This document shows, piece by piece, positions 23,295 through 34,847 of a stretch of 64,000 nt of DNA (positions are counted from its first letter, which is position 1; each line of letters starts with the position of its first letter). Source of the DNA: Rhizophagus irregularis. Lineage: Eukaryota. The notes under the pieces are model-generated. The model was not told the DNA's origin and did no database searches. It saw only the letters and a list, made by a program, of their open reading frames with translations. Location: assembly GCF_026210795.1 (NCBI RefSeq), contig NC_089432.1, positions 3,968,001 to 4,032,000 on the forward strand. The letters run 5' to 3'. Position numbers and translations under genes: made by a program.

Positions 23295-24443
23295 ATGTCT
23301 GCAATTACAACCAAGTTCGTTACAGACCACCAGCTTACCAATGAGATGAGTATCGAAGAGCTCAGTCAGTATGCGCCAGAAATGCGTGACCTCTTGGGAG
23401 ACGATAGAGAGAAAAGGCGCCAGGCCCGTAATCGTCTTCAAAAAGGGTATAAATTTAGCAAAGAACAGGCATTTGCATTGATTCCTGACCAGAGAAATGG
23501 GCGGTATATAAGTCAAGTACCGATCCTAGAGGAATTAGGATTAGCGCCTTCAGAAGCTGAAGTTAATATAAGCCTAGTATCTGAGAATACCCCAGAAGGG
23601 GAGACTATTAAAGAAATAGCTCAGCGCATTGTTCGGGATAATCTTAGTGAAAGAAATGTAAAAACGATATCAAGAACCTTAGTCGAAACGGCCTCTGATC
23701 CTATCATTGCCTCATCACGACTCTCCAGGCTTCAAAGAGAATTGCGGAAGCTTAACACCTCGGAGGCGATAATCTCTGCCACCAAGATTTCGGAGATAAC
23801 CAGAGCATCTAATAAAATCCAACAGAAGCGTACTGAGCAACGTAAAAATGAAGGACTCCATTATCCAGACCACTTCTCGTTAGAATCGGTTAAGGAACGG
23901 CTAGATTTATATGTTGTGTCTAACACACCCGATAAACAGGCCCTAGCTGATGTAATGATTATGCTCTGTATCCGCCCTACTGAAATTAAAAACTTGCGCA
24001 TAGCAAATGGGGGCGTAACGGGATACGCAAAAAACCGAGGCCAACAGGATGTTCCTCGGGTGTTCAGATCGCTGGAAAAAAATGAGGAGCGAGCAAGGCA
24101 ATTGCTTACATGGATTCAGGAAGCAATTTCTTCCAGACAGTTAAGAGATCCAGGAAAACCTGGATCGACATACTTAAGTTCGTTTCTGAAAAAAGAAGAA
24201 TATATTCCTAAACCTTATGAGCCATTACTCCCTAGTTCCTTGCGCAAATTAGGGGCGGTATTTGCTTTGGTAGTCCATGGGCCTAAAAATCCGTCAAAAG
24301 CCAATACTTATGCCAGTGAAGCCCTTCGACATTCGCCGAATAACCATGCTTCTCCATCTGATAGATATACTATAGTTAATTTCAGAAGGAGGGGGCAACC
24401 TTATGATCAAGCAAAACCATTCTGGATTTCTGATGAAAACTAA
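23295..24443 (+). CDS. Tyrosine recombinase / telomere resolvase (protelomerase)-like protein
   Basis: Candidate catalytic residues in YR order: MLCIRPTEI (R), GYAKNRG (K), PSSLRKLGAVFA (R), EALRH (H), SDRY (Y); intact 382-aa ORF. Confidence 0.65.
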   Translation: MSAITTKFVTDHQLTNEMSIEELSQYAPEMRDLLGDDREKRRQARNRLQKGYKFSKEQAFALIPDQRNGRYISQVPILEELGLAPSEAEVNISLVSENTPEGETIKEIAQRIVRDNLSERNVKTISRTLVETASDPIIASSRLSRLQRELRKLNTSEAIISATKISEITRASNKIQQKRTEQRKNEGLHYPDHFSLESVKERLDLYVVSNTPDKQALADVMIMLCIRPTEIKNLRIANGGVTGYAKNRGQQDVPRVFRSLEKNEERARQLLTWIQEAISSRQLRDPGKPGSTYLSSFLKKEEYIPKPYEPLLPSSLRKLGAVFALVVHGPKNPSKANTYASEALRHSPNNHASPSDRYTIVNFRRRGQPYDQAKPFWISDEN

Positions 24444-24565
24444 TCACATACTGTATATGGGTTAGAGGGTCGGGAGGGTTAGCAAAGCTAACCTGATATC
24501 ATTTATTAATTTTTTTTCGCTCGAGGCAAGATCTAGCATATAGTATAATACAGTATATCACGAAA

Positions 24566-25075
24566 ATGGTAACCGATCAAAATAATTTATCTGATAGTAC
24601 GTCCACTGAGCAGGAAGTTATCAGATATACGAAGATATTAGCCCAGACACTTGGACTAAATGAGCAAAATGCAGAAGTATATAGTGCGCTTTCCAGTGAA
24701 AATAGGGCACTAAAGAAACAATTGGAAGATTATTATTCCCAATATAACACTTTAGAAAAGAGGGTAGAAAGACTGGAAAAAGATGTAGGATCCTTAGAAG
24801 ACGAATTGGAAAATCTGGACGAATATGTAGTGGAAGATCTGGATGAATGTGTGGATAGGGAAACTGTGGTTGACATAATACATGAAATAGTTCCCTCGCT
24901 TATTGGTAAAAAAGGGTCGAGAGGCGCTGTGCATAGAGGGAGTTCCTCCTATTCGTCTGAATCTTCTGAAGGATCTGATTCGGTCGAGACAAATGTGATA
25001 AGAAAGAGCGAGGATATCCCTCATAAGCAACGAAGGAAGGCACGACCGAGAAAGGTTAAGCAGATTGTAGTTTGA
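24566..25075 (+). CDS. Coiled-coil hypothetical protein with basic C-terminus
   Basis: Heptad-rich LEKRVERLEKDVGSLEDELENL; intronless. Confidence 0.6.
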   Translation: MVTDQNNLSDSTSTEQEVIRYTKILAQTLGLNEQNAEVYSALSSENRALKKQLEDYYSQYNTLEKRVERLEKDVGSLEDELENLDEYVVEDLDECVDRETVVDIIHEIVPSLIGKKGSRGAVHRGSSSYSSESSEGSDSVETNVIRKSEDIPHKQRRKARPRKVKQIVV

Positions 25076-25146
25076 AGTGGGTCGAGTCAGGCACTTTGCA
25101 TATTTTTTCAGTCAAAGTTATTAAGTTTAGCATATAAATAATCAAA

Positions 25147-25437
25147 ATGGAAAGTGATCAAAAGCGTCTAACAGCCTTAACCAATATCCCGCCTAAGTCT
25201 ACTTCATCTGAGAGTAGTTCATCTAAATCAAGCTCATCCGAGACTAGTTTGTCTGAATCTAGTTCGTCATCTGAGAGTAGTTCCTCCGAGACTAGTTCAT
25301 CTGAATCAAGCTCATCTGAGTCCAGTTCATCCGATTCTGATATTGATGAAATAGTAAACATGATTAAGCATCAAAGGATTCGGGAGCGCCTAACCCAAAA
25401 GAAAGATCAGGAGAAAAACGCATATAATAAAAAATAA
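25147..25437 (+). CDS. Ser/Glu-rich small protein resembling the low-complexity tail of the element's Gag
   Basis: (SSSES)n tract; compare the Gag tail at ~45180-45300. Confidence 0.5.
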   Translation: MESDQKRLTALTNIPPKSTSSESSSSKSSSSETSLSESSSSSESSSSETSSSESSSSESSSSDSDIDEIVNMIKHQRIRERLTQKKDQEKNAYNKK

Positions 25438-25474
25438 GGCTAATTAGCTATCCGATAAATGCCAGTCCAGAGCG

Positions 25475-25975
25475 ATGATAGAGGTTTATTTTTTATATTT
25501 GGATATTATATATGCCATAATAAAAATGGTATTCGTGAATTGTGTAGTCGAAGAAAATATTCCTATTGAGGCATCAATTGATACGAGCGCCAATGTAAAT
25601 TGCATTAGCCAAAAACATATTGGTGAATTAGGAATTACATATCACAGTGAAAGCAATCGTATTGAGACTCCGGATGCATCCTATTCTACATTAGGAAAGG
25701 TTGATCTGCATATCGGCTTTAATGATAGCAAGAAACATAAAAGCACACCCGTTGAATTCATAGTTCTTGGACTGGAGTGGTCGGGACCTGATTTAATTTT
25801 AGGAGGACCTTGGTTTCAAGAAAATGGTGCAACTTTGGATATATGCAACTCAAATCTATTATTTGACAATAATTTTGCGATCCCATTCAAAGAAGTAGAC
25901 TATATTTCGACATTATCTGATAGTCAAATCCGAGCTATGACGGATTTTCCCAGTCCAACCTATAGTCCGGAGTGA
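25475..25975 (+). CDS. Retropepsin-like aspartyl protease (second copy; likely start at MVFVN)
   Basis: ASIDTSANVNCIS and DLILGGPWF motifs. Confidence 0.75.
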   Translation: MIEVYFLYLDIIYAIIKMVFVNCVVEENIPIEASIDTSANVNCISQKHIGELGITYHSESNRIETPDASYSTLGKVDLHIGFNDSKKHKSTPVEFIVLGLEWSGPDLILGGPWFQENGATLDICNSNLLFDNNFAIPFKEVDYISTLSDSQIRAMTDFPSPTYSPE

Positions 25976-26037
25976 TCGTGTATTACTAGCCTTATTTTTT
26001 TCTGATCGAAAGGTATTCTAACTATATAAATAAAGCA

Positions 26038-26463
26038 ATGCATACAGACAATTTACTTGATCTTCTTCCGCCGGAGATAATATCATTTATTCTAAAGTAT
26101 CTTCCAGAACAGGAACTAAAGAATTCTCGCAGTATAAATAATATATGGGAAAGAGAGGCGAATCTTGAATGGCACAAAAGGATGGAATTTTTATTTGGGA
26201 GAATAGTTCAAGGCAATTATACAGTAAAGGAATATTATTCGAAACTGAAAGAGTGTAATTTAAGCAAAGACTATCCAGAATGGCTTTTTAAAAATCTATT
26301 CATCAGAGGATTATCACCTGAGAATAAATTTAAAGTTCGTTTGGATGGGCTATTACTACTTTCGTTAGATGAGATAGTGGATGGACAATTAGTACTTTCG
26401 TTAGATGAGATAGTGAAAAGGCTTAGTTCGGAGCAGGCCGAAGGTGCTTTGCATGATCATTAA
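26038..26463 (+). CDS. F-box protein fused to a Gag capsid-like (MHR-region) segment
   Basis: [23 protein letters not shown] (F-box) followed by [30 protein letters not shown], which aligns with the element's Gag. Confidence 0.75.
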   Translation: MHTDNLLDLLPPEIISFILKYLPEQELKNSRSINNIWEREANLEWHKRMEFLFGRIVQGNYTVKEYYSKLKECNLSKDYPEWLFKNLFIRGLSPENKFKVRLDGLLLLSLDEIVDGQLVLSLDEIVKRLSSEQAEGALHDH

Positions 26464-26510
26464 GCTTAGAGAATTTATTTTTTCGATTAAAGATACAGCA
26501 TATATTATTC

Positions 26511-27593
26511 ATGGCATATTCAAGTATTTTTAATATACCAGAACTATTAGAGCAGGTTCTATATTTCCTAGCAGTAAATAAGACATTGTATCCTGCCCTA
26601 TTTGTTTGCCGGCTTTGGTACAGATGCGGTGGTCCTATTTTATGGAGACGCATTGAGCTAAAGGGGAACGAAGTAGACGATAGATCTCGATTGGAAAGAT
26701 TTTTTAAAATAGTACGTGGAGGAGGAAGACCAGTTTATAGCTCAAAACTAACTCATCTCAAAATATCGGACTATCATTCACTTTCAAATAAAAAAATCAA
26801 AGGCATTATGCATACTTTCCAAAATATAATACATTTAGATTTTGGAGGGAGTATGAAGCCTGAGTCTATTGGTAAAGTTCTAAAGCTAATAGCAGAATCA
26901 TACCCGAATTTGAAGTATCTTAATATATCCGCTTTATGCAGTGGATTTGGAAATGATAAAGGCCTATGTGCAATCGCGAATTCATGTTATAAAATAGAAT
27001 GTCTAAATATTTCTAGACGTACAGAGTTTTCTGAAACATCAATTTGTAATGTTATTCGTTCTTGCCCAAGGCTCCAGCAACTCGACCTTAGCTTTTGTCA
27101 TATTACCGATATAACTATCAAAGAAATTACTGGTTCATGTGTTAATTTAAAGTACCTCAATTTGGAAGGGTGTAATAATATTAGCAAAGAAGCCGTAGAT
27201 CAGCTCATTTCACTTAATCCAAATATTCATGTCGAGAATTTTGTGCCGATTCGGGTACCTCCCCAAAATAATGGAGCTTTAGATGTAATCCATGGACTTG
27301 CAAGGCAACTGGGAATACCACATGATGAGCCAAGAGATGTTGCATCCTTAAATAATTTTATCAATGACGAATTATCAAGGAGATTGAGTGAACGCTGTAT
27401 TCTAGCTAGAACATCGCTCCGGAGTGGTGGTCGGTTATATAACACCCGGCATAGTGTTAATAATAATCAGAATTCGGTCATATCTCAGATACACCGGCAA
27501 CCTAACAGACGATCGCCAAGGATTAATTTCGGTAGAATACTAGCCGATCAATTAGAATGGTGGTACTCTACCGATCTAACTAATCTGGAGTAG
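26511..27593 (+). CDS. F-box/LRR (RNI-like) protein carrying a Gag-derived segment
   Basis: [17 protein letters not shown]; LRRs ([27 protein letters not shown]); [33 protein letters not shown]. Confidence 0.8.
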   Translation: MAYSSIFNIPELLEQVLYFLAVNKTLYPALFVCRLWYRCGGPILWRRIELKGNEVDDRSRLERFFKIVRGGGRPVYSSKLTHLKISDYHSLSNKKIKGIMHTFQNIIHLDFGGSMKPESIGKVLKLIAESYPNLKYLNISALCSGFGNDKGLCAIANSCYKIECLNISRRTEFSETSICNVIRSCPRLQQLDLSFCHITDITIKEITGSCVNLKYLNLEGCNNISKEAVDQLISLNPNIHVENFVPIRVPPQNNGALDVIHGLARQLGIPHDEPRDVASLNNFINDELSRRLSERCILARTSLRSGGRLYNTRHSVNNNQNSVISQIHRQPNRRSPRINFGRILADQLEWWYSTDLTNLE

Positions 27594-27715
27594 TGATCGT
27601 CAGTTCGGAAGAATTTTTTTTGCTGAGCCACAATGCATGTACTCATGTACGACAGAAACAAGCGATGATTAACCTATTTTTCCGATTGAAAATATTTAAT
27701 CAATCTACTAGCAAA

Positions 27716-28411
27716 ATGTCAGATGATGAGATAGATACCGAGATAGAAGAAGGCTACGATGAATTTATCAAAGAATATGGATCGAGATATGAATGGGATA
27801 ATGAAAGGAATCCTGATGAGTGGAGATACTGGGACGACCTTTTTTGCACAATCAAAACCTACTGGGGGACAAAGGCAGTTAGGAATTGGAAAGAGAAAGC
27901 GCTTAAGCAATTTGTACATAGTCTGCCCAATGTAAGAAATCCATCATCATTATTCCGTGTATTTATACATTCCGATGCTTTCTATCTTCCACATATTTTG
28001 AGTCTGATAGAATTGCCATATTATCCGCATAAACTTCGATGGGAAATATGGCCGGAAGGTATTGAGAAGTTCCAATGTAGATTGTTTATTCAAGGTGAAG
28101 AATCAATAGTGGATTACTGTTTAAAGGCGAAGAAAAGTAATGATATCATCAAACTCTGTAAAGGTCATTTTAGAAGTGAATTCTATAGTGGATTAACACG
28201 AGAAAATATGAGATGTATTGCAAAAAATATTTATTATCGTGAATTGGTAGAAATGCTTATTCAGGCAAAAAAAGAATCAGTTACTGGTATTATAACTGGG
28301 TTTAAAGATTATATTAGTCAGTCCGGTATTGCTAATCTGAATGGGGTACAATACTTATTGAGAGGTATACATTGGATAACTAACCCGAGCGAAGGTAGTC
28401 CGGAGCAGTGA
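27716..28411 (+). CDS. Hypothetical intronless protein flanked by ~85-bp direct repeats
   Basis: ATG at 27716 (MSDDEID..); repeats at 27581-27668 and 28396-28478. Confidence 0.6.
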   Translation: MSDDEIDTEIEEGYDEFIKEYGSRYEWDNERNPDEWRYWDDLFCTIKTYWGTKAVRNWKEKALKQFVHSLPNVRNPSSLFRVFIHSDAFYLPHILSLIELPYYPHKLRWEIWPEGIEKFQCRLFIQGEESIVDYCLKAKKSNDIIKLCKGHFRSEFYSGLTRENMRCIAKNIYYRELVEMLIQAKKESVTGIITGFKDYISQSGIANLNGVQYLLRGIHWITNPSEGSPEQ

Positions 28412-28987
28412 TCACCAGCTCGGAAGAATTTGCTGAGCCTCAATACATGTACTCATGTGCGACAAAAATAGGCGATCACTAGACAGGGTTCGTGTAACAT
28501 TAATTTTGCATATACATTCGAAAAGAAAACATATTAACCTTTATTCTTTATTTTTCCCAAACAAACATGAGAAAAATATGAAAGAGCGTCTAGTTGCAAC
28601 ACAGGACCAGCTCTAAAAGTAAATATTAACGTCAAAAGCATATGTTATGAAGGGCTGAGGGACTCACATTTTCGAGATCGCCAGGCGTAAGACCAACTAT
28701 GCGTCTCTCCGGTAGATCTCCATGTGAAAAGGTTTGAAAATTCTGTTTACATGTGCTTTCATAGAACTCTTGGCATCAGACGACAATACTAATTACGCCT
28801 CATACCTCCTTAACTTCGGCTTGGCGCTCTTTTTCCCAGCAAGATATAAAGCATGTAGGGGTATGTGGAAGTTCAGCCAACTTTCCGCAAAAATTTACCT
28901 GTAAGTGCTTCGCTAAGGTATGTATATACCAGAAGTTATGTATGTGTGGGAATGAAAATCTCACTATGGGCTTTGTATTTAGGAAAG

Positions 28988-29347
28988 ATGCCTTCTATTC
29001 GTCTTAACTGCTTTCTTCGTGGTGGAACCGTTAATAACATTTTCGATGTAGAAATTGATAATAATTTGTCTGTTGGTGCTCTGAAAGATCAGATCAGAAA
29101 TGTCCGGCAAGACTTACGTCAAGAAAACTTCGATCTATATGAAGTTAATTTTTTTCAGCCCAATTTTTCCATAGTCTCTTCTGTAAACAGTATTGCGATT
29201 AGACAAGGAGTGTTTATGGTTCCACATAGAGAAATTTCTAATTATTTCTCTACCTTGCGCATCAATACTCTCATAGAAAGCCCACCTTACTTTCAAGAAA
29301 ACGGTGAAAGGGGTGTTATTCACGTCCTCATATACCCTCAAGATTAA
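28988..29347 (+). CDS. Crinkler (CRN) N-terminal ubiquitin-like domain protein
   Basis: LNCFLRG..IFDVEI...SVGALKDQI...LYEV...IHVLI. Confidence 0.65.
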   Translation: MPSIRLNCFLRGGTVNNIFDVEIDNNLSVGALKDQIRNVRQDLRQENFDLYEVNFFQPNFSIVSSVNSIAIRQGVFMVPHREISNYFSTLRINTLIESPPYFQENGERGVIHVLIYPQD

Positions 29348-29591
29348 TAATTATTTTTATATCATGTAATGCGATCCATTCGCAATTTTTATGTATTGTA
29401 GGCCGGGTTCCGGCAACATTTTATTTCATAAATAAAGTATTATTATATGAGTAAGCGGGTCACGTGTATGTCTGTACTACATAAAAACCTATATTAACAC
29501 TTACGTTCCCACCAGAAATACAACTCTATTTTTTCTCCGAACGTAACACTATTTTTATCCGAGCCAATTATCCCTATAAAAACGTAACGCT

Positions 29592-30892
29592 ATGTCAACT
29601 GTCACTCTCAGTTGTTTGGTCGTAGGAGAAAACCCTTATGAAAATGCTTTCAACGTAAAAGTTAATAAAACAGAGGCGGTTAGTGAACTCAAGGACGCTA
29701 TCAAGGAAAAAATTGATGATAATGTTAAGGCAAAAGACCTCAAGCTATGGAAGGTCGACATTTCCTTCGAAGAAGAAAACGAAAAACTTAAGCTCGTCAA
29801 CACAAAAGTAAACGTTAATATCAAGGAGGAGCTTGGTGGCGTGGAACTACTTCCACTTTCGAAGATTAGCAAACACTTTCCTTCCCAACCAGCCGACGAG
29901 CACATACATATAATCGTACAGCGTCCTGTTGAAACGAAAGAAGTCCACTGTACCGCAACGTATGGGCGTAAGAGTGCGAATTTTCAATGGACAGTGACCC
30001 GAGAAACGGTGACGTTGGAAGGTTTTAAGAAGAAGCTTTGTGAATATTTAACCTTTCCGGATGGGACAGAGAACGAGCACATCGTAATAAGTCGTGTGAT
30101 AGGTGGCGCTGGTTTGAAGAGAAAAATTTCGACAGGTAAAATGCGTAGAAAATCAGATTCAAGTTCCCAGAGTTCAACGGTAGAAAGTGATACGGTTGAG
30201 ATCGTGACAGAGCGTAAAGTTATTCAGTTTTCTGCCGATGAGGACTTAATGAGTATTATCTGGACTACTAACCCCAAGGTGGATCTGGAAATTGTTGTGG
30301 ATACGTGTAAGTACTATCTAGATATTTAGGATATTCACGTGCCGATTCTACCAAATGTCTGATCAGTTAATTTATGCATGACTGTTTTGTAGCGCAACAA
30401 CCTTTCTCTTCGTATACTTTCCCAAAGATGAAGGCAGTCTTCGGCTTGAAGGCAGATGATTATAACGGATTATCAATTTTTGATGGAGGTGTCAAGGATA
30501 CTCCGAAAGAGATTCGAAGTTTGGTTATAGAAGAATTATTGAGATTACACAAAACATCCCAACACATCACTAGCGCCAATGAAGCCACTCGTTGCGAGTT
30601 TATTTCTCGTATTATTTACGGTGTTGCATCAATCTTTGATGGTGAGGTGAAAGTCTATCCCCAATACGAAATTTCTGGAAGCCATGGCAAAGGACCAGTT
30701 GATTGTGTCATAAAAGTGGGAAATACAATCATCACAGTTACCGAGGCGAAAAAAGAGGACATCAATCAAGGTATTGCACAGAATGCAGTCCAACTGCAGA
30801 CATCCATCCAGCGCAATCCTAAAAAACGTAGTTACGATACAGCAGGTTTACATTATGTTATGCGCAGTAAGACGTCATTGAATTACCAGTAG
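29592..30892 (+). CDS. Crinkler-family protein, intron-containing, with a PD-(D/E)xK-like C-terminal domain (3' end possibly truncated)
   Basis: LSCLVVGENP..AF.V...VSELKDAIK..LKLWKV..HIHIIVQ; intron ~30307-30392; GPVDCVI..VTEAKK. Confidence 0.8.
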
Positions 30893-32672
30893 ATCCTGCT
30901 TCTATTGGTTGGAAGTGTGAAGAGTCTTCACGATTATCATATGACACAGCATGTATTTAGGGAAAAAACTAGAATAGATGAATATCGTTCGAAAAAATAA
31001 TCGTGTATAATAAATAGTCTAAAGTTATAGAATGGCATCATATACTCAGGGCTAGCCCCACATCATGCAATTTATTTTATCTTAATGTATTGCAAATAAA
31101 AAACGTTTAGGCCACTAAGTGACTCGAACAATGTAGTCAAATATTTTTCTCGTGGCGATTCAATGTACATACAGTACTAATTTTTTATTACTCGCATGTT
31201 AATACAGGTAATTTAGGAAATCTGGATCGGCAAATTATTGGGCAATAAGATTGTCGGCGAAGATCCAGGGATTTTTATTCTCAAACTTTCTCGCATATTC
31301 TCAAAATTATTACGTATATACGTATATTATTGTAAAGGACCCCTTGATGATCTTTACATATGGATAGCGTTAAATTCTTTTATTATTATATTAATGAGAG
31401 TCCGTTGATCAGATTTTCGTGATGCGCTCATATTAACGTAATTTCCCCCAAAAGTGTATAACAAAATCGATCCTGCAAATTATATAAAAAGGTGAAGTCT
31501 TAGTTAGTGAACTCTTTTATCCGCCTTGTGCAAGTAAAACAAAATAACAAACGAAACTAATCAAACTTACCGTTATATTCATCATTAATATCCACAATCA
31601 ATCAAACGCGCAAAGTAATAATAAGGTGGGTTGATTATTGATTGGCTAGATTCCGGAAGAACGTCATCACGATATTCATCGATTTTCCCGCCTATATAGA
31701 TGCTCAAAAATAAAATGGACGTATTACCTTTCTTGATTCGTTGAGAAAATCGGCACGTGTCTAATCAAATTGCTGTGGCTTAGTATTTTCACCTGATTCT
31801 TGACACATGCCTCGAAGTCTGGCGCAGTATATCTAATAAAATTTTAATCATAAAACAATTCCCCGGTGATGGGATATTATCTAATCTAATCAGCACCATC
31901 AGCGCAGTAAAATTGTGACATGTCTTATATCAACATCTGGCGCAGTAAAATCAAGAAACAATCTTTCGATCCAAAAAACATTAAGCAATAATTTTCTCAA
32001 ATATTTGGCGGAGTGGAATGCTACAAAAATGAATTATCATGGTAAAGATTAAATGAATTGTAACGTTAAAAATTATGGGCATATACTTATTTCTATTCTC
32101 TGGTTCTATAGGTTCGAAATTAATATATCATGGAAAAGTTCTCTTACGGAACCTAATCTTTTACATAGTCTATGTGAGTGGGAGTGAAATTAGTGATATA
32201 GATAGGCGTAGTTATGGGTATGATAATTTATTTCGGAAATCTAGTGTAGTAAAAGAGTATGAGGTGAGAATCTCGTAGTTAGCAAAGTAGATAGGCGTAT
32301 AGATAGAGAAATAATTTTATTAGCTATCGCTATAGATATTTTTCGAGCAAAGAAATAATTTGATGCTGGGACTCCCTAGGATCCGCGTAATCCCTCCCTC
32401 TTTGATAGCATCATTTATTTCATTTATTTCATTTTGCTATATCTGATAATCATGAGTATGTAATCAAAATATTTCACTATGACTAATGATACGATGTTGA
32501 GTTCAGACTTAATCAATGAAGTTTAATAAAGTTTATTCAGACTTACAACGCGTTCATATATTCAATGAAGTTTAATAAAAGTTTGTTCGAATCACATATA
32601 TAATCAATAAAACTCTCTTCAGAAAATTTTTTCTTTTTTAAAGTTTATCTGTTTCCTAACTTACAAAATAAA

Positions 32673-33835
32673 ATGTCTAATAATACAAGTACTATCTTTA
32701 CGGATATTAACAGTCTTTCTTTCGATATTAAAGAAAAAGCAGACATACTCCATTTTTTCACTTATAACGACACGTCTGAAACGGATAAAGTGAAAACAGT
32801 TCTGTCAACAATTGAAGAAGACAAAGTGAAAGTTGAATACTTGAGGAGATGTATCAAACAAAGAGGTAAGGCTTTGCGTCGTAATGATTGGTCATGACGC
32901 GTCCACAATTTCTTGTCCAGTAACTAATTTTGCTTTTTTTGGTCTCCTAACCCAATTTAGATGAACATCGAGGTAAGCCTTTGCGTCGTAATGATTGGTC
33001 AACTCGAACGTGACGCGCTAACCGGTTTTATTTTTAGTACACAAAGTGCATGCTAAGGAAGAGAAAACTTTTCGTGTCCAATGTTACAACGACGAAGGCG
33101 AGCCATTAGACAAATTTGAAGAATTTACAATGCATGATGAAAATGGTTTTCGCGAGTTTTTAAAGAGAGTGGATGCAAGAGGGTTGAAACATATCGATGA
33201 TAATAATGAAGTACCAAAAGTCATTTCGACTTTTGAAGGCATTCAACCTAATCAACTTTATTGTATAAGTGCTGCGTATCTCATGGCCATAAAGAAGGGC
33301 GTAACGTGGTCGAAAGTTGAAGACATGGTGGTGGAGATTGAAACAACATCGGCTTTAAAAAACAAGCTCAAAAAAACATTTAAGTCTCCTGTTGAGGTCT
33401 TTAGCCGAATAATGCATGATGAAACAGGTAATCCCATAATGGAATGGGACGGGATATTATTATGTCGTGACAAAGTATTTTTGTGTGAATGCAAACACAA
33501 AATAACAGAGGTAAATATAAAAATGATTAATTTGATGTAACTCTCATGAATCTGTTGAACAAGCTCATTGATCAATCCAACATTTTTAGGAAAAGATAAA
33601 CGAAATTGTTGAACGATTAAAGGAATTCCCCGAGAAATTGAAGAAGGCAAAAGATCCCGAATTCAAACAATTATCGGATAAAGAACTAGTTGGAGTCGCT
33701 TGTGGCTCGCTTTTTCCAGAAGAATTAAAACGAAAATCTGTGGAGCTTGGATTGGTAGTCGTATATCCAGACGGTGGTCGTTATTCTGTAGGAATGCCCA
33801 AAAAATGGATGATGAGCTTGTGTAATTTCGTGTAG
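32673..33835 (+). CDS. Multi-exon protein with a restriction-endonuclease-like (PD-(D/E)xK) domain
   Basis: EWDGILL..FLCECKH motif; GT-AG introns between ORF pieces. Confidence 0.6.
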
Positions 33836-34847
33836 TATTAATTATGATGATAAGAGAAGTTACGTCTTTCTTTAAATATCATATTATATTACATTGTAGT
33901 AAACAGATTTGTACTTTACCGCATGAACATTGCTCTATAAAATTTATTTTATCGGAGACTTAATCATATGATCTTCACAATCGTACATAGTTATTTTATT
34001 TAATAGTGCGTAATTTACTCACATCAGGCTTGCATTTTCATTACATAGTGTAAAATATTCTATTTTTTTACAGTAGCATCAATATCAAAATTAGCCAGGT
34101 ATATTGATCAATTTGCAAAGTATATACAGTATTTACTGCGCTACACAATGAACTCGGTTCGCAGAATATTGTATTTTTGCCGAAAGAATAGGGGTATGAA
34201 TCGCATATATTCACATTTATTTTCTTCCTGCCGAAATGTTATTCCATCTCGAAGTCTTACCCACCAGATATCAAATAGGACCACGACATACCGTAATGTG
34301 AAAAGTGCCGGTGAGAATACTGAAAAAAGTTCCGAGCATTAACGGTTCGGTTGTATCCTTGACCATAGTCCAAGAGTATCAGCCCGTGTATCGCTGTGTA
34401 TCTGTAAAATGCTGTATGACGAATAAAAATCAGTCAAAGGCACTCAGGTTGAGGGATCCGCAAACTAATATAAAATAATTTGCATATGCACAGCCGGTCG
34501 AATAAAAATGAATCTGATTGGTCGATCATCTCGTGATTTATGGAAACTCGCCAGCGCCTAGAACTCTCCCAGAACTATCGAGGAACTGGTAAGGATTTAG
34601 GGGGGATCTCATGTGATACAATATACAGTACATCATACCACAAACTGATTTAGCCGAAGATGCTGTGCATATGCATGTAAATATAAAATCCGAAGGGATA
34701 TAAATCCCGATATGCTTGTAATCGAATATTCGAATAAAAATGAATCTGATATTTATTAGAGTATACTATTGCCAAATCAGCTATAAATCACTAAATCGCT
34801 ATAATTTGCTATAAGTCTTATTTATTGTGCATATCCAAGTGTATTAA

